64,000 nucleotides of DNA from Octopus vulgaris. Lineage: Eukaryota. The notes under the pieces were generated by a model. That model searched no databases. It saw nothing but the letters and a program-made list of their open reading frames with translations, and was not told the origin of the DNA. Positions 49,451-63,051 of this stretch are shown here, piece by piece. The stretch is taken from contig OX597814.1 in NCBI GenBank assembly GCA_951406725.2, forward strand, positions 170,252,001 through 170,316,000, in the 5' to 3' direction. The first letter of the stretch is position 1. Every line of letters starts with the position of its first letter. The position numbers were made by a program, and so were the translations under genes.

Positions 49451-50082
49451 TGTGTCCTTGGAGATATTGTAACTGAAAGCTAGACCAGTGCTTTGCTGGG
49501 GTCCCCGCAAATAACATAATTGCTGAGGAGGGGAGACTGATGTTGATAGATAGGCTGTGTCCTTGGAGATATTGTAACTGAAAGCTAGACCAGTGCTTTG
49601 CTGGGGTCCCTGCAAATAACATAAATTGCTGAGGAGGGGAGACTGATGTTGATAGATAGGCTGTGTCCTTGGAGATATTGTAACTGAAAGCTAGACCAGT
49701 GCTTTGCTGGGGTCCCTGCAAATAACATAATTGCTGAGGAGGGGAGACTGATGTTGATAGATAGGCTGTGTCCTTGGAGATATTGTAACTGAAAGCTAGA
49801 CTAGTGCTTTGCTGGGGTCCCTGCAAATAACATAATTGCTGAGGAGGGGAGACTGATGTTGATAGATAGGCTGTGTCCTTGGAGATATTGTAACTGAAAG
49901 CTAGACCAGTGCTTTGCTGGGGTCCCTGCAAATAACATAATTGCTGAGGAGGGGAGACTGATGTTGATAGATAGGCTGTGTCCTTGGAGATATTGTAACT
50001 GAAAGCTAGACCAGTGCTTTGCTGGGGTCCCTGCAAATAACATAATTGCTGAGGAGGGGAGACTGATGTTGATAGATAGGCT
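49451..50082. repeat. 105-bp tandem repeat, 6 near-identical copies
   Basis: ccttggaga recurs at 49456, 49561, 49667, 49772, 49877 and 49982; only about three differences across the array. Confidence 0.97.
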
Positions 50083-50639
50083 AAATTAACTTTTAGGTAT
50101 TTAAAATTTAGAGCTTCATTTCTTTCAGTAATTTCTTGTGTAATCAATACATCAGCAGTTTGGCAAGGCTCTTTAAAAGGTTATATATTTATCTCTTTTC
50201 TAAATCTCTGCTTGACTCTTTAACTCTCTCTCACTCTTACCCCGTGTTTATGTGTATGCACATACTTGTTGGTAAATGTATCTGAAATTAGTTTGTGTGT
50301 GTGTATATTGTTATATGGTTTAGTATGCAATATGAATATGTCATACATATGCAGTGTGTGTCTGTGGTGGTATATGTTCTGTGTGTGTCTTTTATATCTG
50401 TTAAGTGACTTCAGGAAATGTTGTACCAATTAAATAAAACTTACACACATTAATTCAAAATGATGTACAGTCATCAGTTACACAGCAGAAACACACAGAA
50501 ACAAGATTAAAATGAAAAGAAAAAGAGATAAAAGAAAATGAAAATCATGAAACAAATATAAATTTTTGATCGTTATTTTTTTTTTAAAAATCATTATTAT
50601 CGTGTTTTAATCCTTTCGCAGAAATGTTGACTAAATTAT

Positions 50640-50656
50640 ATATACATACACACACA

Positions 50657-50706
<50 letters not shown>

Positions 50707-51425
50707 CATACAAATCTGACATGGGTGATTCTTTCTTGTCTTGGGATTCACAGTCAAACGGCTGGGCAAAATTGCACAAAAAATTACTCAGATGTGTAGA
50801 ATGATCCCATGGTTACTGAGATAGTCTACTATAATAATGCTCTTATGTTTATGAATGAGAAAGGAAGGAAATGGTGATGTCATATTCTTTCATAGCTCCC
50901 ATGGTTACCAAGATAATCTACTATAATAATACTCTTCTGTTTATGAATGAGAAAGGAAGGAAATGGTGATGTCATATTTTTTCATAGCTCCCATGGTTAC
51001 CATGATAATCTACTATGATAATACTCTTCTGTTTATGAATGAGAAAGGAAGAGGTGATGTCTTACTTGGTAGTGGGATGATGAAAATTGTACGCTGAAAA
51101 AATTAATCAAACAGCATTTCAACTCTGTGCATATATGTGTGTGTATGTAAAAGAGGGTGGTATGTGAATGCATGTGTGTTTGTGTGCAATGGAAGTGGGA
51201 TGGTTCATCTTTGCTTAATATTTGAGTTTATTTTTTGATTTGGTTGAATCTTGGTTGTTTTTTTTTTTGTTGTTGGTCAGTTATTTTTAGTGTTTTGACA
51301 GAAAAAAGTCATTCTAAAATTGGTTTTTAATGTAAGCATGCCCAAACAAATCGAATGCTTACACAGAGCAGGTTTTACAGCCACATCATCCAAACCGACC
51401 GGGTGAAACCGGGCTTAGCTGCTAG
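50640..51425 (+). mobile_element. Non-autonomous Helitron-like element with an internal 92-bp minisatellite
   Basis: 5' (TA)n..caaacggctgggcaaaattgcac; 92-bp units at 50806, 50898 and 50990; 3' hairpin ccgg-gtgaaa-ccgg then gctgCTAG|T. Confidence 0.65.
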
Positions 51426-51434
51426 TATGTATAT

Positions 51435-51864
51435 CTTAATTGTTTCAGTCATTTGACTGTTGCCATGATGGGGCACTGCCTTGAAGGGTTTTAGTCAAAC
51501 AAATTGACTTCAGGGCTTATTTTTTTATGCCTAGTATTTATTTTATCTGTCTCTTTTGCCAGTCTGCTAAGTTAGAGGAACATAAATATACCAACACTAG
51601 TTGTCAAGCAGTGGTGGTGGTGGTAAACACTGAATTAAAGACATATGCATGCATACACACACACACACAATAGATGCATGCATACATACACACATAAGAA
51701 ACAGATATTCCCTATATAGAATACACTCAGTAGTGCTCAAGAGATTTAAACTTGGTCGGGTAGAGAAGTAAATGAGGGGATAAACAAGCTAGACAGATCA
51801 GTATATAAAGTATATTAAATACATGAAATACAAAAATATGTATATATATATATATTTACGTACG

Positions 51865-51905
<41 letters not shown>

Positions 51906-52020
51906 CTTCTTTCAGTTTCTGTCCTCCCAATCTATTCATGTTTTGGTCAGCCTGTGGCTATAGCAGAAACACTTGCTCAAGGTGCCAATCAGTGGGATAC
52001 TACACAGCCATGCTTGTGCC
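51435..52020 (-). mobile_element. Diverged SINE family A with an expanded interior
   Basis: Tail at 51435-51620 and head at 51900-52020. Confidence 0.7.
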
Positions 52021-52185
52021 TTTGAACTATTAATCCTTACACATTTTTTTCTCTCTCTGTTTTTTAATTTTTTTTTCCCATGGTCAAACTAATACACCTG
52101 CTTGTTGTTCCTTCACCTGTCTTTGTCTTTTGTTTTCTGTAAATTTTGAACTATATATATAATTATTACTATAATAAAAAGGAGG

Positions 52186-52345
52186 AAAAATATTGTGGAT
52201 ATTTTATTTTATTTTATTTGTATCACAATGTGAACATATTTACTATGTTCACATTGTGATACAAATAAAATAAGTATCCACAATATTTTTTTCTTACAGT
52301 AATAATTGTTTATTCCTATATATTGAGAGAATTCTCTCAATATAT
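52186..52345. repeat. Inverted repeat (~45-bp arms) plus an adjacent 28-bp palindrome
   Basis: aaaaatattgtggata..ttatttgtatcacaatgtgaacata / tatgttcacattgtgatacaaataa..tatccacaatattttt; then atatattgagagaattctctcaatatat. Confidence 0.85.
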
Positions 52346-52557
52346 CATTGATAACACCAGTTGATCTCTGGATTTTATAATCCCTAAAGCAGACACTATA
52401 TCCTCAACTGACTGAATGACTATATATATATATATATAGAAATATTATTTCTAAGTTTCTCTGAAGGAGACTATGGCAGCGGTACTGGATATTAACAGTT
52501 ATCACCAAGCTAAAATGGCAGTCCATAAATATAGGACGAAAGCCGCCATTATAGCAG

Positions 52558-52595
<38 letters not shown>

Positions 52596-53764
52596 TATAT
52601 ATAGATTCAGATGAATATGGTACTTAAGTTGAGGCACCAGAATTTAGTACAGTATTATCCATACAATTTCAAAATAAGGTGATTAAAATCAAAGTAAGCA
52701 ACAAGGATATCCAGTGGTAATGCAGTACAGTTGTTTCATGCAACTCCATTTAATTGAACAATGCAATCATTTCATTACATCAATTTAAAATGTAGAACAA
52801 TCTTCAGTTGCACAAAGACATGGAATTTAATTAAATTAGAACAGATGGACACATTAGTATAATTATACCTAAAATCTCCGAGAAGTTAAAGAGATAGACA
52901 AAGAACATGCACCTACAACAGCATAGCCATAACAGCTATGCTGAGTTAACTTGTTTCTGATCATCAACTGGTAAACCAAACCTGGTTTTCTTTTGAATAC
53001 CCACTGTTTGAATATTTTTTTAAATATAAAATGAAAGTTTGAGGAAAATGCTTGTTTCGTTTAAAAACGTTTGCGAGTGCCACTTGCAAAAACAGCTGCT
53101 TCAAGCTCATGTTTTTGATTTCATTTCTGGTTCTTGTAATATTATAAATGTCTTAAACTTCATACAAGTGAAATCACTTTGACAAAGTAGTTGATGTCAT
53201 TTTTTCAGCTAATTATTTAGGGCAATAAATTAAGTGTTTTTCTCCTTTGCTTAAGAGGGACTTTTTTTTCTTTTTTTCTTTTTTTTTTTTACTAAGTGTG
53301 AATTATAGAATATTTACTGTGCACTGCTACTTGTAATATTTGAAAAATACCTTTAGATACAAGTGTCAGTCTTTGACTTAATTCAATGAGAGAAATGCCA
53401 CCATTTACTGACAAAACAAACTGGCATTGATATTTCTATGAAGCTCTACATCACTCAATAATTATTGTAGTTCAGCCCCCATGTCAGTGCTGATCAGTAG
53501 CATTCCAGCCACAACTATCCCATCTCTTTTCCAAGTATGGTGTGTCTAGGTTATCCAGTATGACTTTTTTTTAATGGTTGGCATTAGGGAGGGCATTCAG
53601 CTGTAAAACCGTGCCAAAACAGGCAGTGAAGCCTGGTCCCAGCATGGAAAATAGACATTAAATGATGATGAGGATGATCTGGTGTAACTTGAGGGAGATT
53701 TTGTTGGTATTTCTAGCAGGTTGAGCAACATGTAGAGGTTCTTTGATTAGCTCCTGCTGTTTAT

Positions 53765-53972
53765 CCCTTTAGCATTCAGATTGCTCTATCAAATGTAATG
53801 CTTATTTATTTCCATTGCTTTCAATTTATCATGCATTATCTTGTAGCATTGAGATTTCAGTGATGTGATTGTTTTATTCTTAGAATGACATTGTAGCGCA
53901 GGTGTGATAGGCCTGACCTGGTCAGTTTGGACATAAAACATAGATATTTGGCTGGTTTGAATACTAAAAGGG
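53765..53972. mobile_element. piggyBac-type MITE with a TTAT target duplication
   Basis: TTAT|CCCTTTAG ... AAAAGGG|TTAT. Confidence 0.8.
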
Positions 53973-54779
53973 TTATACCCAGGTTAGCCCTAATGAAGCA
54001 AATCTGTAACATGTAGATATCTTTTCGTGTCATTTTAACTGCAAGAAGTCTCAGCCAAATTTTCCTCAGTCTTCACCCTAGTATTTTTTACTAGATAAGT
54101 ATGTGCTGGAAAAAATACAAGATGTCCACCATTAGAATGCTGGTAAATTGCTGAAAATTCAACACAGAAATATTAGTTGGTGAATTAGGCCTGCATTAAC
54201 TGCATTTTGGTAACATACTGTTTTTGATTTTATGATACAAATTTGTTTTTATTTAACGCTTCGTGAGCCAACAAATTCTCTTGGGATCCTATCAAATTTT
54301 AAACGTTATGCAATTTTTACACTTTCTATTTAAATGATTTTATATCTCATGACTTTTATCGTCAATAGTTTATGTATACACATACAAATTTTGAGTTAAA
54401 AATTTCCAGTCATATGGATGTTATAGCATAAAATACGTTCATTTGGGGCCAACTGGACCCCATTGGCCTTCTGTGAAATTAAATTTTTCTGTTATTTTTT
54501 CAGATATTCTGATAAACTACAAGTCACTTTTTTTCATATTTGTACTGGTATGAATCAATATACTAAATCATTTTGTTTCATTTTATATTATTGCTATATT
54601 TATAGTTTATAAAACTATGAAAAAAAAAAGTACTAAATTTCTTGTTGTGTATCATGCACTGTCACATATATACAAGATTAAACAAATACTACTTTATGGA
54701 TAGTGTGGAAATGCACATAGATAAAAGGGGACTCCAATAGCCTTATGTGTAATTCCAACTCTGCCGGCCCATGAAGGTT

Positions 54780-55527
54780 AAAGTAAAAACCCATGTAATT
54801 TATGCATTTTTTTTCTTTTTGCAAAATAAAAATAAACATTAGGGGTGCACAAATTACATGAGCAGATCATCTCAAGAATTTTTTTAGAAATTTTTTTTTT
54901 ATTGGAAAAAAACATACAAAGCATAAACATTTGTACTGGAAGTTAACTCATTTGATGTCAGAATAGGTTTTTACAGAAAAAATAAGGACTTAAATATAAT
55001 GAAGTTAAGTTTTATTTATGCTGGGCAGTATAATGCTTACTTTTACTGTATTAATTTACTAAAACCATTAATATTCATTGGTAATTAAACTTGATTTGCA
55101 ACACCTGTGCATATTTATCGGCTTTATTTTTGCTGATAATTCTTATCTACAACTTTTCCTGTGATCCTGATTTGAGAAGACATACAGAAGTATGCTAAAG
55201 ATCGGACGCAATCTCTTGTGGGCAAGAAATGTAAAATAAAGTTTATTATAAACAACACAAGCACTTTGTAATTTAAAAGCTTTTAATGTGATACCTGTTA
55301 AACAGAAATTATATTTATTTAATGAACATTTAATAAAATCTAATCATAAGTGAAATTATACTAAATACAACTAAATTAAAAATCTTTTTTTTCCCTGGTC
55401 ATGTTGGCAATTCTGAAAACTTTTGGGTGCGAATTTCACATGAATAGAAGCTTTTCTTTAACAAATTTTATTTTGAAAATCACCTGCGTAAATTACACAG
55501 GTTCACAAATTACATGGATCTTTACAG
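54780..55527. mobile_element. Decayed Tc/mariner (Tc2/pogo-like) MITE
   Basis: Left gtaaaaacccatgtaattt versus right aaattacatggatctttacag|TA. Confidence 0.5.
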
Positions 55528-55649
55528 TATGTTTCAGAGCTTAATTATTTACTTTTTATTTTTGAGCTTAATGGGAAAGTTAGTTATTTAACTAAACCAA
55601 TTCTAAATTCTTGATTATTTAAAAAATTAATTGAAACACATGCTTTCTA

Positions 55650-56039
55650 TCTTTCACTTGTTTCATTCATTGGACTGTGCCCATGCTGGAGCATGGTTTA
55701 GTTGAATATATTAACCCTAGTACTTACTTTTATAACTCTGGTGTTTTTCTATCAGCTTGTTTTGCTGAACTGCTAAGTTGCTGGGATGCAAACAATCACC
55801 AGTTATCAAGTGGTGGGGGAGCTAACACAAAGAGAAACACATGTATAATGTGTTTATATATATATTATCATCATCATCATCATTTAACATCCGCTTTCCA
55901 TGCTAGCACGGTTCAACTGGGGTCTGGGGAGCCCGAAGGCTGCACCAGGCCAGTCAGATCTGGCAGTGTTTCTACAGCTGGATGCCTTTCCTAACGCCAA
56001 CCACTCCGGGAGTGTAGTGGGTGATTTTATGTGCCACCG

Positions 56040-56078
<39 letters not shown>

Positions 56079-56169
56079 AAGACTTTTCTATTCTTGAGCG
56101 TTATACAATACATCTGTTTGTTTTGTACACCACCTGTCTTTGTCTTTTGTTTTTTTCGTGAACTCTCCA

Positions 56170-56222
<53 letters not shown>

Positions 56223-56370
56223 CAGGCTTCCTCACATTTTCCATCTACCACATTCACTTACAAGTCATTGGTTGACACTTGGCTACAGTAGAAAATACTT
56301 GCCCAAGGTGCTGTGCATTGGGACTGAACCTAAAACCAAGTAGTTTCAAAGCAAGCTTCTTAACCACACA
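55650..56370 (-). mobile_element. SINE A split by an RTE 3'UTR fragment (55865-56045) and a hammerhead-element tail (56078-56171)
   Basis: SINE tail 55650-55840 and head 56220-56370; the inserts sit in its microsatellite. Confidence 0.7.
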
Positions 56371-56964
56371 ACCCTGTCTGTGTCTTTGCCTTAATATAAT
56401 AGTGATTGGAGGGTTATCAATACCTGGATTAGCTGTAATAATTCTTGTACAGTTCTGCAACTTGTTTATTTGGTGTTCTTCTGAAGTAATATGGCTGCAG
56501 ATTACTTTAGCTGATATACTCTTACAACTTTGTTTCTTGTAAATGTAAACTCTTTAATTAACTCCAGGAACTTTGTGTGTTTCTATCATGTCATCATTGC
56601 ATGTCTCTTGGAAAAACTGAACTGTTGTATGTTCTGGCTTTAAGCACCTCTTAGAGTTAATGCACTGAAACATTGCAGTGTACTGCTGCTTATTCTAGAC
56701 AAATAGGTTTTAACTCAGCACTGTGTTGATTAGATTTTAGCTATTGTTACATGCCAATCCTATGCAAGTCAGCTGTCACAACCGCTTTCTATTGGTCAGT
56801 AAAAATAAAATGTGCACATTATGACATGAAATGTGGAGAATTTCGGAAAGTATCCCTCTATCAAAAGTGAGTTACTTTGGTTCCTACTTGTTTTCTGCAC
56901 AGTAAAGCATAACTCATCACTGCAACGTAACAAAATGCTTGTTAATTATAGAGGGCAGTTATTA

Positions 56965-57175
56965 AGGTGGTGAGCTGGCAGAACTGTTACCGCACCAGAA
57001 AAAAATGCTTAGCAGCATTTCTTCCCTCTTTACATTCTGAGTTCAAATGCTGCTGAGGTTGACTTTGTCTTACATCCTTTCAGGGTTGATAAAATAAGTA
57101 CCAGTTGAACACTGGAGTTGATGTGATTGACTTATCTCCTACTCTGAAATTACTGGCCTTGTGCCAAAGTTTGAC
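56965..57175 (+). mobile_element. SINE family B
   Basis: aaggtggtgagctggcagaa..gagttcaaatg..aagtaccagttgaacactgg. Confidence 0.8.
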
Positions 57176-57332
57176 ATCTGTTATAGAGAGCAGTAAAATA
57201 GCAAAAGCTCCCAAGTCCTAGGCTTGCAGTATTTAATATTTGGTATTCAAATTGCAGTATTTAATATTTAGTGTTCAAATTGCTGTATTTAATATTTAGT
57301 GTTCAAATTATGCCATTCATCCTCAAGGAGTA

Positions 57333-57807
57333 CCGTAAATCCTTGAGTATAATCCGCATTCCCCCCACCCCAAATTTAAAGGTCAAAATTCCTAGTGTGT
57401 ACTATATACGAGGTTAAAAGTGAAAAATATATTCTTAGCAATATCCAAGTCTCTATTTGCTGTCTGGCTATGTTTATTCAGACGCATTTTGTGATGTCGG
57501 GCATGAAAGCAATGAAGTCATAAAAGGATCATCCATAACTTGCAGTAAGCAACATTTATAGAACGTTATTACTGTTATTTCTTTATTTTCTGCAAGCAAA
57601 ATGCACAAAAAAGCTACATGTTTGCATTATGTTATATATACAATAATAATAAAGGACATTACCATTTACATTTTTACAAACCAAGGACGTTATATAGACC
57701 TCCTTGATTCAAGTTAGAGAAGGGGTGCGCATTATACACATGGTTTAGGTTTTTCAGAGGTACAGCCCCCTAAAAATCCCCTGTGTATTATACTCGAGGA
57801 TTTACGG
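57333..57807. mobile_element. Tc/mariner (Tc2-like) MITE
   Basis: TA|CCGTAAATCCTTGAGTATAAT ... ATTATACTCGAGGATTTACGG|TA. Confidence 0.85.
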
Positions 57808-59559
57808 TAAATGAAATAGCCACCAGTAATACATTTCTAATCAAGAGATCCAGTGTAGTGCCTTCCCTCCAACCCTGAGATTTACTTATAGTTATTTATA
57901 ATTCTGCCATTGAAAGATTACTAAATATTCAGCAGAGTGCATGTGATATGTGTTTGCTCTTTGTCTAGGAACTTGATATTATATCTCTTCAACCAACTGT
58001 GTTGGTACACTTGCTAATTACTGTTTTCAATTGGAATAGAGCAAGAATACAAAATTACTTTAATTATGCCAGCAACACTTTGCATTGATCCGGCAAATGA
58101 TGTATTACAGTTACATCATTATTATACCGTTGTTTCTGTTTCTTTGGTGCTGTTAAAAACTACTTTAACTTAATGCATGCTTTCACTGCACAACCAGACA
58201 CAGCTGTGTGTGTGTGTGCATGTTGGGTATGTATGAGGTTTTGTTTTAGGGGATTTTTTATTCTATTAAAAATACTCTATATAATGTATGTACAGTAGCC
58301 TACGTTGCCTTTTTTTTTTCTGTGTGTTGTGTATATGTGCAAGTACCAGGGTTTTAGTAATGACAAGTTTTTGGTCATTCCCAAAGCATCAGTTATTATG
58401 AGGATTGTTTTGTTTCCAATTTATATATGGATAGCATCTTAATTTTTTTTATAGATGTATTGTTGTTGTTATTGTATATCTTGAGTTCAAATCTAGCTGA
58501 GATCAACTTTACCTTTCTTCCCTCCGGGGTCAAAAAAATATAGTATCAGTCTAGTACCAAGTGGTACTCTGGTTACAGCAACGAGTGTTCCACTTGACCT
58601 GATCAACAGAACAGCCTGCCCATGAAATTAATGTGCAAGTGGCTGAGCGCTCCACAGACATGCATACTCTTAACGTAATTCTCAGGGAGATTCAGCATGA
58701 CACAAAACGGAACAAGGCTGGCACTTGGAAATACAGGTACTACTCATTTTTGCCAGCAACTACTGTTGCACACATTTTTGGAAATCCAGTGTGAAGTCAT
58801 CTTTTGAAATTATTCGAAACTCACTTTCAGTATGGAAACTTCTTCATACAGTCTCTCATTCTTTCTCACTATCTTTTATACACATATGTACCTTTTCACA
58901 CACACACTGATTTGTGCTTCAAAGATGAATACAGTCATATATGATTTGTTGTTACTGTGAAACTATAGACACTGAAATTGAATCACTTAGAGTATACAAA
59001 AGTCTTCACATAAACACATGCTTGTCTCTGTGTTTTTCTCTCTCTATGTGTCTCCTCCCCCACACTCTGTCATATGCAGACACGTACCTTTTTCACACAC
59101 ACACACGTACTCTCTCTCATTGATCTATTGCCTCAGACAATACCTTCCACACTGTCACTTGTGATTACTGTGAAGATATAGACATTAAAATTTCACAAAT
59201 TGTTGTCCAGAGATAAAAACTTCAAACAAAATTTCAAATAACAATTTCTGTTTGCGACCAGCCATTCATTAATAAATTGAATTTACTTACACATAAGAAT
59301 TTGTGTTTGTAATGGGACTCTACTATTCTTTGTGATTGTAATGAACAATTAGTCTATTATTGTATTTATTTTTTTGAATATATACAACCAGTACAGCAGA
59401 CAGTTGAATCAGCATCCATTTATTTTAAAGAAACCTTGTTGCTAAATAGAAAAGTAGTGACATCTTTCTTTACATAACTTAAAATCTTGGCCAAGTTCTT
59501 TTCCATTTTTTTTTATACATGAGTGTGCATGAGGAGAAAGAGGGTGAGTTCATTTAATT

Positions 59560-61815
59560 GAACACTAATGGACAGAGACTACTCACCTTCTGCTCTGAGT
59601 AAGACCTGTGCATCACTAGCATCCTCTTCAACAGCGGGACATTTACAAGATGTTGTGGATGCACCCATATTCCAAAAAGTGGCATCCTCCAAGGCTACAT
59701 CATTGTCCGTCATCAAGATATGGGCGATGTCCTCCATACTTGCGCAATGCATGGAGCAGATTGCTGGATGGACCACAACCATATCCACTCCAAGCTTAGA
59801 ATCAACATTTGACCCCCTAACCGAAAGTCAACAGCATCAAAATGACTGAACACCATGAAACTATGATCCTGAGAATTGTGGCCGCTTTTAAGATCAGCTT
59901 GCCATCAAATTAGATACTTTCCCACTTGCCGATCGTACCTCGGTAAACCAAGAGGAGCTAGGACAACCGAACAACTAGGACACACTAGATGTTACAATCC
60001 TGACTGGTTTGATGAATCTGCTGATGAGATCTTCCCTCTTCTCAGAAGTAAAAACTGGGCTTGTGATGCCTACCTCTTGAGTAGGTCCAACGCACACCTC
60101 CAGAATTGGAAAGTTCTTCACTTGGAGTGCCTGAGCAGACTTAGGTAGATTCAGAACACTTGGTGGAAGAACAAAGCTACAGAAATTCAACGTTTTGCAG
60201 ATGAAAATAAGATCCACGAGTTCTACACTGCAACCAAATCCATGTACAGTCCATCCTTCAATCATATCAATCTGATACGATCTTCAGACAGCAACACTCT
60301 CTACAAGGAAAAGACCCAGATCCGTGGCAGATGGGCAGAACACTTCAACTCCTTGTTGAACAAGATAAATCCTACAGACACCACACTGATTGAGGAGATC
60401 CCTCATCTCCCTCCCCTTCCTGAGCTGGATACGGAACCCTCTCTCGTGGAAATCCATACAGCCCTCTCCTACTTAAAAAACAGGAAATCACCTGTATCAG
60501 ATGGTGTGTTGGGAGAGATCTATAAATATGGGGTCCTGTTCTTGTCCAGCGTCTTCATCTGATTATCCTCTACTGTTGGAAAAGTGCCTTGATCCCTCAA
60601 CGCTGGAAACACGCAGACATAATCACTATCTTCAAGAAGAAGGGAGATCGATCAGACTGCAACAACAGCAGAGGTATTTCGCTCCTGGCTGTTGCAGGAA
60701 AGGTCTTGGCATGCATCCAGCTCCCTCGACTTCTTGGGCCACTTCGTCGAAGGAATCCTCCCAGAGTCTCAATGCGGTTTTAGAGCTAACCGTAGCACTA
60801 TCGACATGGTCTTCGTCTTCCGCTTCCTGTTAGAGAAGTGCCAAGAACAGCAGTATGATGCCTTGTTTGCCTTTATTGACCTAACTAAAGCTTTTGATAC
60901 TATTAGTTACCCACTACTATGGAATGTCCTGCAGAGGTATGGATGGCCTCCTAAGCTTCTTGCCATGCTATGCCAGTTCCATGAGGGCATGCAAGCATGT
61001 GTGACATTAGGTGGTGATCAGTCTGATTACTTTAACGTTCAAGTTGGTGTTAGACAAGGCTGTGTCCTGGCCCCTGTCCTCTTCAATGTGTTCCTTGTGG
61101 CTGTGACGTTACTATCTTGCTACGACCTCAAAACCGAAGATGGCATCCCAATTCACTATTGCCATAATGTCAGTCTCTTCAACTTGAGGAAACTAAAATC
61201 ACTAACAAAGACAGTCCACCACTCTCTTTGAATTACAATATGCTGATGACTGTGAAGCTCTCACCCATGAACCAGCCAGCCTTCAGCAGAATCTAGACGT
61301 GTGCAACGCCTATCATCAAGCTGGCTCCAGGTTAACACCAAGAAAACAGAGATCCTTCAATGCTCCAAAAATGGTTCACCCTCTATGACTCTTTCAATCC
61401 AAGACAACTACCTAAAGAACACAAAGAAATTCACCTATTTGGGTTGCATTATTTCAAGCAATGGGGTCATTAACGACGAAATTCAGAATCGCATCTATCT
61501 TGCCTCCTCCACTCTTCTCAAGGATAGGGTCTTCCTTAATTGTGATCTGAATCTCTCCATGAAAATTGAGGTTTATCGTGTTGTTGTGGTTTCCATGTTT
61601 CTGTATTCCTCAGAAACCTGGACACTTTATTGTCATCATGTCAAGCTCCTCAAATCCTTTCATACATGCTGTCGCCAACGCATTCTTCATTTGACCTAGA
61701 AGGACAAGAACCCACATACAGAGGTCCTGAGATGAGCGAAATTGACCAGCATCGAATGCGTGATCCTCAAACGTCAACTGCACTGGGTGGGGTATGTTAT
61801 CAGGATGCCGGAAAA
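59560..61815 (+). pseudogene. RTE-clade LINE relic (end of APE, linker, RT)
   Basis: RWAEHFNSLLN; WKHADIITIFKKKGDRSDCNNSRGISLL; LPESQCGFR..FIDLTKAFD..GVRQGCVLAP; QYADD at 61239-61250; FTYLG; SETW; multiple frameshifts. Confidence 0.92.
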
Positions 61816-61823
61816 CTGTATGC

Positions 61824-61897
<74 letters not shown>

Positions 61898-61919
61898 CAC
61901 ACAAACACATATATATACA

Positions 61920-62090
61920 ACACGCTTCTTTCAGTTTCAGACTACCAAATCCACTGACAAGGCTTTAGTTGGCTGGAGGCTATAAGCAGAATAAACTTAC
62001 CAAATGTGCCATGCAGTGGGACTGAACCCAGAGTTATGTGGTTAAAACAAACGTAGCAAACATCTTTCCACACAGCCACATCTGCACCTG
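61920..62090 (-). mobile_element. SINE family A head
   Basis: cttctttcagtttc..gcagtgggactgaaccc..cacacagccac. Confidence 0.8.
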
Positions 62091-62354
62091 TGTATGCTAC
62101 TTCAAATGACATCATATGTAGAACAAACATTTCTCTTTTGTTGACTCAGTGTCAAATGGGCCATATTCTGTGGGCACAAATGTCTGTAATTTGAACTGGC
62201 AAACTCCGGAGGGCTGTGTCAGCAATTAGGTACACCTGGTGAGCACAGCAGCAGCTCATCAAATACAGACTGGCTGAGACTCAGTGCATTTCAAGCCAGA
62301 GCACGAAAAATAAAAATATCACTGTAGTTATGTGTTAAAATGTAAAGTGGTTAC

Positions 62355-62381
62355 CATATATATATTTATATACACACATAC

Positions 62382-62412
<31 letters not shown>

Positions 62413-62423
62413 CATATATATAC

Positions 62424-62468
<45 letters not shown>

Positions 62469-62657
62469 CATACATACATACATACATATACATACATACA
62501 TACATATACATACATACATATATATATACATACATATATATATATACATACATATATATATATACATACATATATATATATACATACATATATATATACA
62601 TACATACATATATATATATACATACATACATATATATATACATACATACATATATAT

Positions 62658-62710
<53 letters not shown>

Positions 62711-62712
62711 TA
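62355..62712. repeat. (TA)n/(TACA)n compound microsatellite
   Basis: Long visible array. Confidence 0.95.
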
Positions 62713-63051
62713 TAAATATATGCACCCACACTCATATGTGTTTTTTTTTGTGCATTTTGTCAAAATTGCAGACAGTCTGTTTATTTCCTTTGCTGTTGTT
62801 GTTGTTGGGTGTTCTTATGCTCTTCTCTTTGTTAATGATGATACTACTACTGTTGATGCTGTAAATACCATTGCTAGTATTGCTACCAATGTTAGTGTTC
62901 ATATTGTCACTGCTTGTTCCTAGCAATTCAAACCTTGTTAACCAAAAAGATGGTGCATGTTTTTTGTATAACAATGAACACAATAATCCACTTCTAGGAG
63001 TGTTCTTTGAGCATTTTGAGATTTGTGTATGTCTGTCTAGATAGTCTGTAT

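Noticed and set aside
49451-50082. 105-bp units contain CTGAGGA...GAAAGCTA, suggesting a hammerhead satellite
   Set aside because: Neither stem I (aattg vs gacca) nor stem II pairs adjacent to the core; this is probably a chance motif.
49380-50147. 255-aa minus-strand ORF
   Set aside because: It arises from the 105-bp tandem repeat, shifts frame mid-array, and has no recognisable domain or splice signals.
52510-52555. gtcc-loop-ggac-gaaa hairpin as a functional hammerhead
   Set aside because: The CUGANGA core and stem III/UH are absent; at most a relic.
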